DNA from: Tubulanus polymorphus
Lineage: Eukaryota; Animalia; Nemertea
DNA length: 64,000 nt
Assembly (NCBI RefSeq): GCF_964204645.1
Contig: NC_134025.1
Span: forward strand, 16,219,101 to 16,283,100
Direction of reading: 5' to 3'
Within the stretch, counting starts at the first letter, position 1; every line of letters begins with the position of its first letter. Positions 11,576 through 23,130 of this stretch are shown piece after piece. The translations under genes and the position numbers were made by a program. The notes below the pieces were generated by a model. That model saw only the letters and a program-made list of their open reading frames with translations. It was not told where the DNA came from and did no database searches.

Positions 11576-12166
11576 ATGGGAGGTGAAAAGAAAATAAAAT
11601 CTAAAAATGGTGATGTTCCAATTGAAAAAACTTTAGATGATTTAGGAATAACAGAAACAAAATTAACTCCAGATGATGGTGCTTTAAATTATGTTACAAC
11701 AAATAATAATTATGAATATTATTTTTATTGCAAACATCAATTAGAAATATTAATAGCGTCTGGAAAATGTAAAAATTTTATCGGTAAAAATTTAACTTCT
11801 AATGAATTAGATACAATGAAATCAGATGAAATTATTAGATTATTTAAGATTTATGAAACCGCGAGAACAGCTAGAATTAATGACGCGATATCAGAAAATG
11901 TAGTAAAAGGTTATAGTAAATTATGTAAATATATACTACCAATTGAAGATGAAAATAGATTATATGCTGATTTAAAAAATGATTATTTAGTTATGACTGA
12001 ATTAAATAAATGGATTGGATATTTGTCATTTCAATTAGGTGGATTTATGACATTATTATCAACTGGAGTTATAACATCTTCAAATATTGAAAGTAAAAAT
12101 ATTTCTATAATAAATGAGCAAGGTGGAAGAAGTGAAGAAAAAACCGAGAACTCGGAAACAAATTGA
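11576..12166 (+). CDS. Viral hypothetical protein (196 aa)
   Basis: Intact ORF with TAAATG start; mildly hydrophobic segment near the C-terminus. Confidence 0.65.
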   Translation: MGGEKKIKSKNGDVPIEKTLDDLGITETKLTPDDGALNYVTTNNNYEYYFYCKHQLEILIASGKCKNFIGKNLTSNELDTMKSDEIIRLFKIYETARTARINDAISENVVKGYSKLCKYILPIEDENRLYADLKNDYLVMTELNKWIGYLSFQLGGFMTLLSTGVITSSNIESKNISIINEQGGRSEEKTENSETN

Positions 12167-12479
12167 ATGGTCTCGGCAATTAGGAATTAAATCACAAGAA
12201 TATAAAGAAGCTGTAAAAGAAAAAAAAAGTAATAAAAATGGTGAAAATATTGTTATTTCTACTCCTTCTAATAATAGAATATTTCATAAATATCTATATT
12301 TTACAGCTGGATTTGTAATTGTATTCATTTTGATTGGGTGTAGTTGGTATAAGAAATCAAATAAAATTCATATTAATAATTCTGAAACAACTGCTATTAA
12401 AAATGAAAATACTTCTGAAATTCCAAAATTAACAATAAAAAAATGGATTAATATTTTAGAAAAAAAGCAAAAAATATAA
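12114..12479 (+). CDS. Viral hypothetical single-pass membrane protein (121 aa)
   Basis: TAAATG start, basic N-terminus, TM YLYFTAGFVIVFILIGCSWY; followed by a T-run. Confidence 0.65.
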   Translation: MSKVEEVKKKPRTRKQIEWSRQLGIKSQEYKEAVKEKKSNKNGENIVISTPSNNRIFHKYLYFTAGFVIVFILIGCSWYKKSNKIHINNSETTAIKNENTSEIPKLTIKKWINILEKKQKI

Positions 12480-12822
12480 TTTTTTTTTAATTAATTGAAT
12501 ATCACCATGTGGGAAATGAAAGTTATGACGGGTGTCTCGTACTCTCGTACTCTGGTATGAAATGAGTTATTTCACTCACACTTTACTCACACTTTTATGT
12601 TTAAAAATCTAATTTTAATCAACTCGTTAATTACTTGTTACTTTTCTAAAATATGAATTAACATATAAATTATTTTAAAATAAATGAAATTCATGTAAAT
12701 AATGTTCATTTATATGAAATTATTAAGAGAAATAGGGAATTGAGGCTTTCATTCTAGAGGGAGAGAGGTTGAGTGAGCTCGACCTCCGACCTCTGGTATG
12801 AAACCCCACTTTTCCTATTACT

Positions 12823-13062
12823 AAAATATTATCCAAAAATCTTCTTGATATTATTGTGATCAAATTCTATTACCATTCAACCCAAATATAATGTGAAATT
12901 ATCTTGAATACAAAGTTGCCAGATCTATTTTTTTAACCACATTTATTGGATCTTTCGTTAATTCAATGGCTGTGAAAATGGTGTGCTTTTGGTTCGCGGT
13001 AAACATACACGACACGATGCCGACACGCTCGTAATAGCTCTCTTGTTCCTCGAGAGCTAATA
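12823..13062 (+). repeat. End of a host Helentron/Helitron-like repeat, the Polinton target
   Basis: Homologous to ~33586-33845; ends in hairpin AGCTCTC..GAGAGCT followed by A-rich bases. Confidence 0.6.
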
Positions 13063-14936
13063 ACAAGAGATCCACGTATCTTTACATCTCAGGTGCGATA
13101 AGTTAAATGAAAAAATTGTGGGACCATTTCGACGTTGAACTAATCAGATGTGGGACCAATAGGATGTGTAACAAATTGAGGGGCTAATGTGCAGATGATA
13201 TAGGAACAGTGTAAATAAGTAGTTGCGTACACATCACTGTTGGCAATATGACAGTAAAGTTATTTGCCACATGCACCAGAGTTTGCTATGCTCGGTTCAC
13301 GCTCACAACTTCCCAATTTCTGTATTATTGATCCAAGAAGAAAATAAACATGGTTGTGTCATAATGCTCTCTCATACATACAGCTTTAATCACAAAACCC
13401 CAGGGGAGTGAAGAAACAGATGAAGCATCTGCAATAAGTACAGAAGACAGCGTAACAATAAAAAGTTAAAAACATGCCATTTTGACCAGAAAGTAGGTCA
13501 TAAGTCGGCCATCTTGAATTGGAGAAGTTCCGAGAACAAGACAGTTCCTTTTCATATTATCATACACATGCCATAAAAATTTCATTAATCTATCCCTAAC
13601 GGTTTTCTAGTCTTCTAGTTCCGCAAGTAGATTGTGTCGGCCATCTTGATTCGGAGAAGTCCCCAAAACAATAAGGTTTCACATCATACTATCATACAAT
13701 TCTAATATAAATTTCATGAAATTTTCTCAAACGATTTTTGAGTTATCAGGTACACGTGTCAAAAATACGTCATAATTCGGACATCCTAAATCGTAGATTC
13801 AATTCATTGATCTCCAGTTTTTTCACAATACAATAGGGAGAAGGAATAAATGCGACGACTATCAAATTTAAAATAAACATATAATAAGACTGTCCCATGA
13901 CTAGGAAATGAGAAAGTAAATCCTAGTCGAAATGGCACATTAATATTCGAGCAGATGAACAGACCGGTTTTTCTGCGTCGTGTCATCGAATATGCCCTAA
14001 CATTGGGAGCATTTATTTTATATACAGATTTTAGCCGCATGATCAAGCTACATGTTGCACATAAACATATTAGATTGCATGGCTTTGGTCAAAGTTACAA
14101 CCTAATTTGTTAGCAAAATTTTTTTTAGCAAAATCGATTTTTGGACCCATAACAAAAATTGAATTATATTAAAGATTATATATAAAATGGTATCTTTTTT
14201 AACACCGTTATTTGTGAAGAGAAAGTTGTTACTTCGTTGCTTCTCCCTGTTGACTCCTTGGGACTAAAAAACGTATTATTTATACTAGACAGCTGTTTCT
14301 GTCAAAATAATTTTAAAGCATGTTTGGTCGTAGCACATTTCCTGTTTGCTGCCATCTAATACAACATACCTACATACAGCCCAACCTAGAGTGAACGTGC
14401 TCAAATCTACTAAGATCACAAAAAGTCGATTAAATTCAATAACCGATGTTTGCCCTGGTGCCGACCACGTTCTGACCCTGACCGCTGCTGCAGCTGGTAT
14501 CTGGCTGCTAGTGAACGGTATCATAAAATAATGTCAGATAAAATTGCAATTCGACACCCGGTATCCCAGCGGGAAAACCCGGTTATTATTTATAGTTATA
14601 GTGAAGAAATTCTGTGTTTTTTTTTTAAACTGACCAGCTTGTCGGCTTTGCATAAATGGCAAATAATGAATTCTGTGAGATATATTTGTCAAAATCCACT
14701 TCCCGCTCGATATAATTTCATAAGTAGCTAGCAGGAACAAATACCTCAGATCAATCTTTCCCTCTGATCTTCTTGTTGAAAGGGGAATAGAATTATTTTT
14801 CAATTAAGTAAAATTGAATTGGATTTGATTTGTACGAATATATACTCAGGTGCCCATGCAATTGAAATTCGCTCCCTTTGTATGGTAATAGGAATGGGAT
14901 GATAATGGTAACAGGTAATAGTAATAGGTAAAGGAA

Positions 14937-15194
14937 TTGGAAATTATTAAATTGAAACTCGAGGAAGAAAGTGTACTTGTTTCAGAAAAATCTCACACTC
15001 GTCTCAGGGGAATATTAGATGGTTGCGAAATGGAAAAAGATTCTTTCATTCATAAATTCTGGGAGGAGCAGCTAAAAGCTTTTTCGAGAAAAACAAGTGG
15101 AATGAGATTGCACCCAATGATGGTACGTTTTGCAATATCAATACACAGTCAAAGTCCGTCTGCATACAGATCCCTTGTTGGAGGCCTCGTGTAA
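14937..15194 (+). pseudogene. P-element/THAP9-like transposase fragment
   Basis: FWEEQLK...GMRLHPMMVRFAISIHSQSPSAYRSL resembles the P transposase N-terminal region. Confidence 0.55.
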
Positions 15195-15590
15195 GTGAAT
15201 GTTCGATTACACTTCAATGTCAATCAAAACAATCACCAGGTTAAAATGAAACAATGCCTATGGCGGATATGTGAAATAATTACATCCTCACCAGCAATGA
15301 GCATTTGAAATTCACACGTATACGGCACCTAGTCCAATGAAACGTACGCCATTCTATGGCTTCCCCATAACTATTTTAGAAGCGCCGGAATTCCCCGTAT
15401 ATCCCAAAAACAGCCAATCCCATTCGCTCGTAGAGACGACGCCCCCCCAATCGAGGTCATTGCAATTTTATACGCGAGAGCTAAGAGTTTTCCCGCCAAA
15501 AACAGTTTTTCGTAGAATTTTAACTCAGTTGACCATGTCATCTACGGAGGTTCACCATGTCTTCAATCGCATCGATTATACGTCGTTTAA

Positions 15591-18500
15591 CCCTTCGTGA
15601 GCGCACCATTTTTGACAAGTTTTGCCACCAGAGCGAAGCCATTTTTGGGGTAATTTCAGGCCTTTTGACCTTAAGTTTTTAACTGCCTGCCACAGTAAAA
15701 CTACTAAATGGATTCACATATAACTTTCAGATAAAATGTATATTGACCACAGGATTATTTTACACTGGTCATTATGGCGATTGTTGTCGTTGCCATGGCA
15801 ACGGTGAAATTCAAAATGGCCGCCGCGTGTATAGTTTCTCATTATTTTCTCAGAAAAAATCCAATTCTGCCAAACTGGGAAAGGTTATGGTTTCAAAACA
15901 GCACTAAAACAACTGCCAAACATGTTTTCTATCAGGCAATAGTCATAAATTGTAATTCTTTCATGTACTTTGGGAAATTTTGAACTTATGTGGTAGCTAG
16001 ATCAAGTACCGAAAAATTTGAAAATTTGACTGAAGTGCAATGAATGAAAGTTTATTAGTTTTCATAACTACAGGAATCCATATAGGGTATATGCATATGG
16101 AAATAGAATACCTGTATGTGTTTATATATATATAAATATTTATAAATATATATATATTCAAATATATATGTATACGTATATACACGTTCCGAAAATGATA
16201 CTTATCAGTATGTACAATATGTATTTTTCATGTTCTTTCAAATAAAAACACCATGAATGTTTCAAGTTTACTGTTTGTTACATTTTTACAGTTTTCCACC
16301 ACTGAAATTTTTGGTTTTTGTTGCTGCTTTCTCTTTTGGGGCCTTATAGTTCACAACTGAATGATATCGCAACATACACTCTGGGTGGAGGGGTGGGCGG
16401 TCCCCACATTTGCCGCACATGTATACTGTCTCATTACGAAATGTTTTGCCCAGTTTTCGATCAGAGCACACTTTGCATTCTTTGGGGTTGTCTCCTTTCA
16501 ATTGGAAATGTTGGGCTCCATCAAGTCTTTCAGGTCTTTGTCCACCATCAACAGGTGGTGGTACTCGGGCATTAGCCCGGTGTGGTGACATTTCATCGAC
16601 CAACGCCAAGCGAAATTTCTTCGTTGACAGAATATCCTTCTTGTCAATGCCACGGAGTTCACAATCCTGCCGGTAGAGGATGTGAGCATTCACAATCGTA
16701 ACTTCGAGGAGATGAAAGAATACTTTCCTCCACCATTTTACAGATATTCGCTCGAAGTTATAGTAGCAAGCAAGCTGGTCGTTGACATCGACGCCACCCA
16801 TGAGTGGATTGTAATCGGTGACACATGTAGGCTTGTGGCGTGGGGGGTCACCGACTTTCTTTGCAGGAACATCAGTCCACTCATCAGGACCATGGATACT
16901 TGATATCATGGTAATGACACGCTTGTCTCTCCATTGGAGTACCATAATATCGTCTTGCCTTGCCGCCCTCGAATCGCCACGCTTCATGCCCTTGGTGTTT
17001 TTCATGGGCGGAGGCAGGCCTTTACGGTTAGGCATCATTGTACCCAGAATGGAAAAGCCATTGTCAATGAGCTTTTCTGCAAGAGCCATGGTCCAGAAAA
17101 ATCTGTCCATGACTAATATATGACCAGGAGTGTCGATGACATCAACAAGATTCATCACAGTCTGGGCAACTTCGGTCAGTTCCGCATCATTTGGAGCATC
17201 ACCGGCACCAGGGTCCTTCCCCAGATACATGTTCATTTTGTACTTGTATCCAGTACTGGAATCAGCTAGGGCATACATTTTCATTCCCCACTTGATGGGT
17301 TTTTTTGGGTTGTACTGTAAAAACCCAATGCGGCCCTTGAATAGAATCATGGTCTCATCAATTGAGATCCCCTCGCCGAGAGTAAAGAATTCTTGACTTT
17401 TGCTGTTGACATGCTCAACAAGCCATGCTACTTTGTATCCTTTGGATGGCAAAGGCTGTCCTGCACCTATGGGCTCTGCCACATGAAGATTCCAAAACAA
17501 GAGTAGAAACTTATCACGTGGCATGCTGTTATGGAAGAATGGGATATTTATGGTACGCCGTACTGAGAAGTAGTCCCAAATCGATGGCAATCTGATGACA
17601 CCCATGTTGATCACCATCCCAAAAACACAAAGTAAATCTTCACGAGTAGGTGTTTTCCACTTTCTCAGCCTTGAAGATGGTTTTAGGTCTCCAGCCACGT
17701 CAGTTGCAGCAATTTTCGCTCTGGTTATGGTGTCGGTGTTTTGACAAATTCGATGGAGCACGTGATTTGGCCAAAATAGCCGAAAGTAGTCAATCGGCTC
17801 ATGTCCTACCATTCTTGGAAGCTGAAATATATAAACATATATGTGTACTAAATAACTGTTCTATAACCAAACTAATTATTCAGAAACAGAAATGAAAATT
17901 CTGAAAATTCATCAGTCCACTCATCAGGACCATGGATACTTGATATCATGGTAATGACACGCTTGTCTCTCCATTGTTCAAAAGCGGCTCCTGACTATGG
18001 TCGGGATAAAAAATTTTTTACAATAGGTCATCCCTGACAACAATTTTCATCATAAAAAGATCATAAAAAACTCACCGTTGGACCTGGGTTTCCTGTAAAT
18101 TCTTCACTAACAGGATAATCCGGTCTATCACCTTCAGTGATATCCTCCCAGTCCTCGTGGTCAAGGATTCGATGCTGCAAATTTTGGGGTGGGGCAACGT
18201 TATCCCCTACCCCCCCATCACCATCGTCCTTGCTATCTTCCGATTCATCGCTGCTCACTTCGACTGACCCTCTACTTTCATCGTTACTAACAACTAAACC
18301 GTTTGAAGCAACGCTACTGGTTGAAATATCCGATAATTCATCACTATCTGAGTCTCCTTCAAAATAGCTGAGTGCAGCATCAAGTGTTATTCGTTTCGGC
18401 CTGGAGGCAGCCATTACTACATGTATTAGTACGTCACAGACACTTGTTCAGTTAGTGTACACCGTGCGCTATCGATTTACAACGCAGATTAGTTTTCCGG

Positions 18501-18623
18501 TAAGCCACGGGTGGCAGCACCTCCTAGAGCAATCCGAAACAAAATTTCCGACTAAAGTCGGGAGACGCTTAGTTTCCGTGGTTCGAGATTTCCCGACTAT
18601 AGTCGGGAGCCGCTCACGAAGGG
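15591..18623 (-). mobile_element. Full-length piggyBac transposon
   Basis: TTAA at 15587-15590 and 18624-18627; perfect 13-bp TIR CCCTTCGTGAGCG. A paralogous empty site GTCGTTTAAGCCGAG lies at ~32379-32393. Confidence 0.95.
16286..18414 (-). CDS. piggyBac transposase, two exons (18414-18076 and 17821-16286), predicted 624 aa
   Basis: DDD residues in SIDETM, VMDRFF and GGVDVNDQ; C-terminal Cys-rich domain CKVC..CGKC..HPEC..H. A GTGAGT..TTTCAG intron at 18075-17822 joins GNPGPT|LPRMVGHEPIDYFRLF in frame. Confidence 0.88.
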
Positions 18624-18724
18624 TTAAGCCGAGAACCAATGAAACAAATGCTCACATAAAAAAACCTACCGCGATTTTACATGAATTGGCTCAATGCCAA
18701 CTTCATATCGCTGACAAAGGTAAA

Positions 18725-20746
18725 CCAAAAAGGTGCTAAAAGTAAACCGGATAATTATAGGCCTATTACCCTACTAGATACTTTATCTAAAGTCTTTGAA
18801 AAAGTCATTTATCGTTCTTTAAACAAGTACTTGCTGGATAACAATCTTATTTATGAAAATCAATCCGGTTTTTTAAAAGGCCACAGTACGACAGATCAAC
18901 TGCTAGCCATTACAAATTTTATTCATGAAAGTTTTGAGGAAAAGTATGATGTTAGAGCTGTCTTTTTGGACATAGCGGCGGCATTCGACAGTGTTCCGCA
19001 CTCTTTACTCTTACACAAAATTAAAGGCTATGGAGTTCGAGGGAAACTCTTAGATTTAATAGAAAGTTATTTACATAATAGAAAAATTGTGGCAAGAGTA
19101 GATGGTAAACTTTCTAAACCATCTAGTGAAAACTTTATAAATACCGGAGTCCCGCAAGGTTCAATTCTCGGGCCTCTACTCTTTATAATGTATATAAATG
19201 ACTTACCTGAAGAAATTACCAGTAAATGTTTTATTTATGCAGACGATACGTCTATCTATGTATGTGTAAATCCCAAAAATCCAAATACATCTTCAAATCA
19301 AAGATGATCTTGATAAAATATCTAACTGGGCTGAGAAGTGGGGATTGTTTTTTAAACCAACGAAAAGTGTTGAAGTTACCTTTTCTAAATCCGGTACTAA
19401 GCATTATCCTCCAGTATCACTTTCAAACTGCTCAATTGTCCAACAACTGTCTCATAAGCACCTTGGATACATCCTAGACCACAATCTTACATCTACTAGT
19501 CATATTGAGAGTTAAGCCGCAAAAACCCAAAAGCTATTAAATCCACTGAAGTCATTGAGAAAGAAAGTGAAGTCCAAATATCTAAATCAGATCTACTGTT
19601 CTTTTATTGCCCCGCATTTTGATTATTGTGATATTCTATACAATTCCTCGACTGCTCAAAATCTTAAAAAACTTGACAAAATTCAATATAGCGCAGCACT
19701 GCTTGTATCAGGATGTATCCGAGGTTCAAATCGGTTGAAAGTGTTATCTGTTTTAAATTGGCCAACGCTTGAAAACAGACGAGCTGAACGTGCCAAACTT
19801 TATATGTTGATAAACAACTATCGCCATCTTATGTGCTGTCAATTTTTGACAAATATCGTATACGTAGATTACATAATGTACGAAATCCTCGTCCACTGGT
19901 TATACCTTGGTCGTCGGCAAAATTTATGTCATCCCCTATTGCTAAACTAGCCGGTACCTGGAACCATATTGATGATAGTATAAGAAATCTGCCAAATTTT
20001 GGTCATTTTAAAAGTAAAATCTCATTTAAATGTTACGGCAAACATATAATCAGTTCAACCAAACTCCGAGCTCTAAGTCGTAAAGAAGAAATCTGTCTTA
20101 ATCGACTACGTGTGGACTTCATTTTTAAAAGTCAACTCTTCTCTCATAACTTTCTAGTCAATAATCCTTATTGTAATCACTGCCGCAAACGCCTCGATAC
20201 TGCCCATTTCTTTATCACTTGTAACCAGCCTGACCAGGATATTGCTATCAACGACCTCCTTAATGAACTGGACATAATCAATATATTACTGTACTACAAC
20301 GGTTTATCAAATGCTAACAAATGTAAATTTCTACTATATGGTGATAGTGAAAAGTTCACATCATTTACTAACAATCAAATTATAGCTATGACCGCAAAAT
20401 TTATTCTAGAAAATTACGAGAGAATGTTATAACATGTTTTTCTTCAACATGTTTTTCTTAATTACGTATGACTACGTTTACTTTATTTTGTTTGTTGTTT
20501 ATGCCATCTATAAACATAATGTATTTACATGTTTAATCTTGCCCAAAATGCCGTTCATGGCGCGTGGCAGGATAATGTTTTGTAAAATCTTTTTCTTACG
20601 ATGTCAATAAACTAATATTATATTTTAAAAAAAATTTACATGTTTCATCTTGCCCAAAATGCCGTTCATGGCGCGTGGCGAGATAATGTTTTGTAAAATC
20701 TTTTTCTTAGGATGTCAATAAACTAATATTATATTTTAAAAAAAAA
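18725..20746 (+). mobile_element. 5'-truncated non-LTR retrotransposon (CR1/L2 group), frameshifted RT, duplicated 3' end
   Basis: NYRPITLL, QSGF, FLDIAAAFDSV, GVPQGSILGPLLF and YADDT motifs; a ~111-bp 3' segment with AATAAA and A-tail occurs twice (20525-20634, 20636-20746). Confidence 0.9.
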
Positions 20747-21291
20747 TTGATTCAAGTATTCATCATAATAAGTAACTCAACTAGCCTGGCTTTCGTAAAA
20801 ATTGGTTTTATTAAACATTTAATCATCTTGGGATAAGTGAAAGCATTGTTCGACTTAAACAACACATTTGAGAAAGAAAATAGCAATTAAAAGCGCACCT
20901 CCATCAGAAAGTCCATGATTTGTGTACGCTAGCAACCAGCGACCGGAAATCAAGTAGCCCAACTCTTGTTGAAATCTCGCAGCCGCCAGCTGACAGCATT
21001 GACTACATTGAAGTCTCGTGTGAGTTGGCGTTCCATTTGATTTGAGTTCTATGAATTAATCAATCAAACGCCGCGTGGACTAGGAATCCCATACATCGCA
21101 ACTCTCCCCTCGCATATAGGCCTCCACCCTTGTCTATCACTCGCCACTTGTTCTAACTCCTCCCACTTCAGCTACGTTATTTTCTAAAAGCGGAATCGAG
21201 GGCGGAGCGCGGAATAGCGTGTCTCGAGTATTTGTGGAATGGTTGAATACATTCATTGCAAGGTAAAACGTTAATATCAACCTCGATTAAT

Positions 21292-21801
21292 CTACTGTCT
21301 GTCACACCTGCTCTTCGTGCGACCTTTTGGTCCGTAATTTCGTTAATAATTTATCTGTAAATAGGTGCCTAATATGCATCAATTTGTTCAGTAAGGAATT
21401 TGCATTCAGAAATAAATCGTGAACTGGCCTAGATTTGTTTGTGTTTTCATCTATCAGGGATAGTTTACCTAGCATATGCTCGCGTAATGCTGAAAAACGG
21501 CGTTTATGGTCCGTCAGGTGGTGCCACCTACTGTATTTTGATATGCTTATGAGCAGGTGATGACGTCACTGTAACGTTTCCGAGCGTCCATGGAGCGGAT
21601 TTTTCAGCATTACGTGACGTATGCTGAGTAAACTATCGCTCATAAATGAAAACAAAAACAACTTTAGTAAAAATTGTTGTTTATTTCTGAATGCAAATTC
21701 CTCACTGAACAAACTGATGCTCAATTAAGGTAGATAAACCGATTATTAACGAAATTATTAACCAAAACGTCGCACGGAGAGCAGATGTGACAGACAGTAA
21801 G
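21292..21801. mobile_element. Long-TIR MITE; related sequence at ~45858-46220
   Basis: CTACTGTCTGTCACACCTGCTCTTCGTGCGAC at the left and GTCGCACGGAGAGCAGATGTGACAGACAGTAAG at the right, with extended inverted similarity inside. Confidence 0.75.
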
Positions 21802-22351
21802 TTACAACAACGATTTAGGGGTTCTTTGAACAAACTTTGCTGTTTGCTACTCAGACTTCCAAAAAGGTAGATTCTATAAAGCTTATCTAATTGAAAATGA
21901 ACTTGGGTAAGATCTCTGAAACCAGGTGCCTTATTATTTACCCATGATAGATGTTGTGCTCAGTCCTATTCGCTGGAAAATGATAATGAATGGAATACAC
22001 ATGAACTCCAACTGCGGCAAAAACCAAAATGAAGATCCAGATAACAATTATGACCTACAATATAGAAGAATATGATCTTCAATGTCTTTTCCCATTCACT
22101 AACACGAGAAGAATTAAGAACCCATGTTAACCTGGTGAAAATGAGTAAACGTGAAGACGGTTCGTTGAAACCCAGAAATAAAATTCGAATTTACCAATAG
22201 CTTTCGCTATTAGTGCATGGTAGCTTCGTCAAAAATGAGTAAAGACAATGTAGCGGGGTCCTTCCCCCTGGGTAAAGGCATTTTTCAAGGGCTTATGTTG
22301 AAGGGCATTTCCATGAATGTCTCATTTTAAGGAACTCTGTCAAGACACACC

Positions 22352-23130
22352 TTGGATTTTCTCAAACGTAAACTACCCTTGTTAGATTTCAATTTTGATA
22401 TTCCTACTGATTGTATCATCGAATTAATTGCAATTTGCACTCAAAACTCCTTTTTCAGTTTTTATAATTCATATTTTGAACAGGTCTTTGGCATGTCTAT
22501 GGGGAACCCCCTTGATCCCATTTTAGCCAATTTATTCCTCGAACACGTTGAAACTGAATTATTACCCCTCTATACTAGCACTCCCCCTAAGCCTAGGTTA
22601 CGATATGTTGATGATGTTCTTGCGCTTATTCATCACAATTTTGATATTGATTTATTTCTCTCATTCATTAACTCTTTTTACCGCTCGTTTAACTTCACAT
22701 ATGAATTGGAAGTTGATGAAAAATCCCATTTTTAGATGTGTGCATTCATAATTGTCCGTCGTGTTTGGAATTCTCAGTTTATAGGAAGCCCACTCATTCT
22801 GGATCCTACCTGCATTATTTTTCCTTTACAACTTATAGCATAAAACTCGGTGTTGCTCAAGGATTATTTCTTCGTGCTTTTAGGATTTACAACCCCCTTT
22901 TTCTAGATGATGAACTCACCCAGATTAGGAATTCTCTTAAATATTTAGCTTATCCTGACGACCTTTTGAAAAGAGCTCTTTTTCGAGCCCGTCAAACCCA
23001 TTTTAACAAACAGCTTGTTTTCACTTACAATAATAAACTTATTCATAACCTAACTCACACTTCCTGCAAAACGGAACCTTTGAGTATCAGTGTATATAAA
23101 ATCCCTTGTAATGTCTGCAATAGAATATAT
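22352..23130 (+). pseudogene. Penelope-like retroelement RT / GIY-YIG fragment
   Basis: QVFGMSMGNPLDPILANLFL, RYVDDV, VYRKPTHSGSYLHYFS and VYKIPCNVC. Confidence 0.85.

Larger units (their letters stand above)
3229..12116. promoter_or_regulatory. Recurrent T-run..WATAAATG start motif (poxvirus late promoter-like) on viral genes
   Basis: TAAATG contains the ATG at 3301, 3718, 4075, 4317, 4739, 5519, 6838, 8280, 9638, 10764, 11576, 12114 (+) and 3231 (-). Confidence 0.8.
1..12822 (+). mobile_element. Endogenous Polinton/Maverick (adintovirus-like) virus, right-hand part; left end lies outside the window
   Basis: Dense, very AT-rich, intronless gene array with pPolB, rve integrase + chromodomain, packaging ATPase and capsid-like genes. 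It ends in ...TTTCCTATTACT (reverse complement AGTAATAG, Polinton-type AG..CT terminus). Homology to a host repeat (other copy from ~33586) begins at the next base, 12823. Confidence 0.92.

Noticed and set aside
1-12479. Alternative genetic code or programmed readthrough explaining the stops in viral genes
   Set aside because: TAA, TGA and TAG all occur as premature stops together with frameshifts and a MITE insertion, which indicates ordinary pseudogenisation.
16318-18367. Plus-strand ORFs over the piggyBac transposase
   Set aside because: Antisense by-products of a GC-richer coding region.
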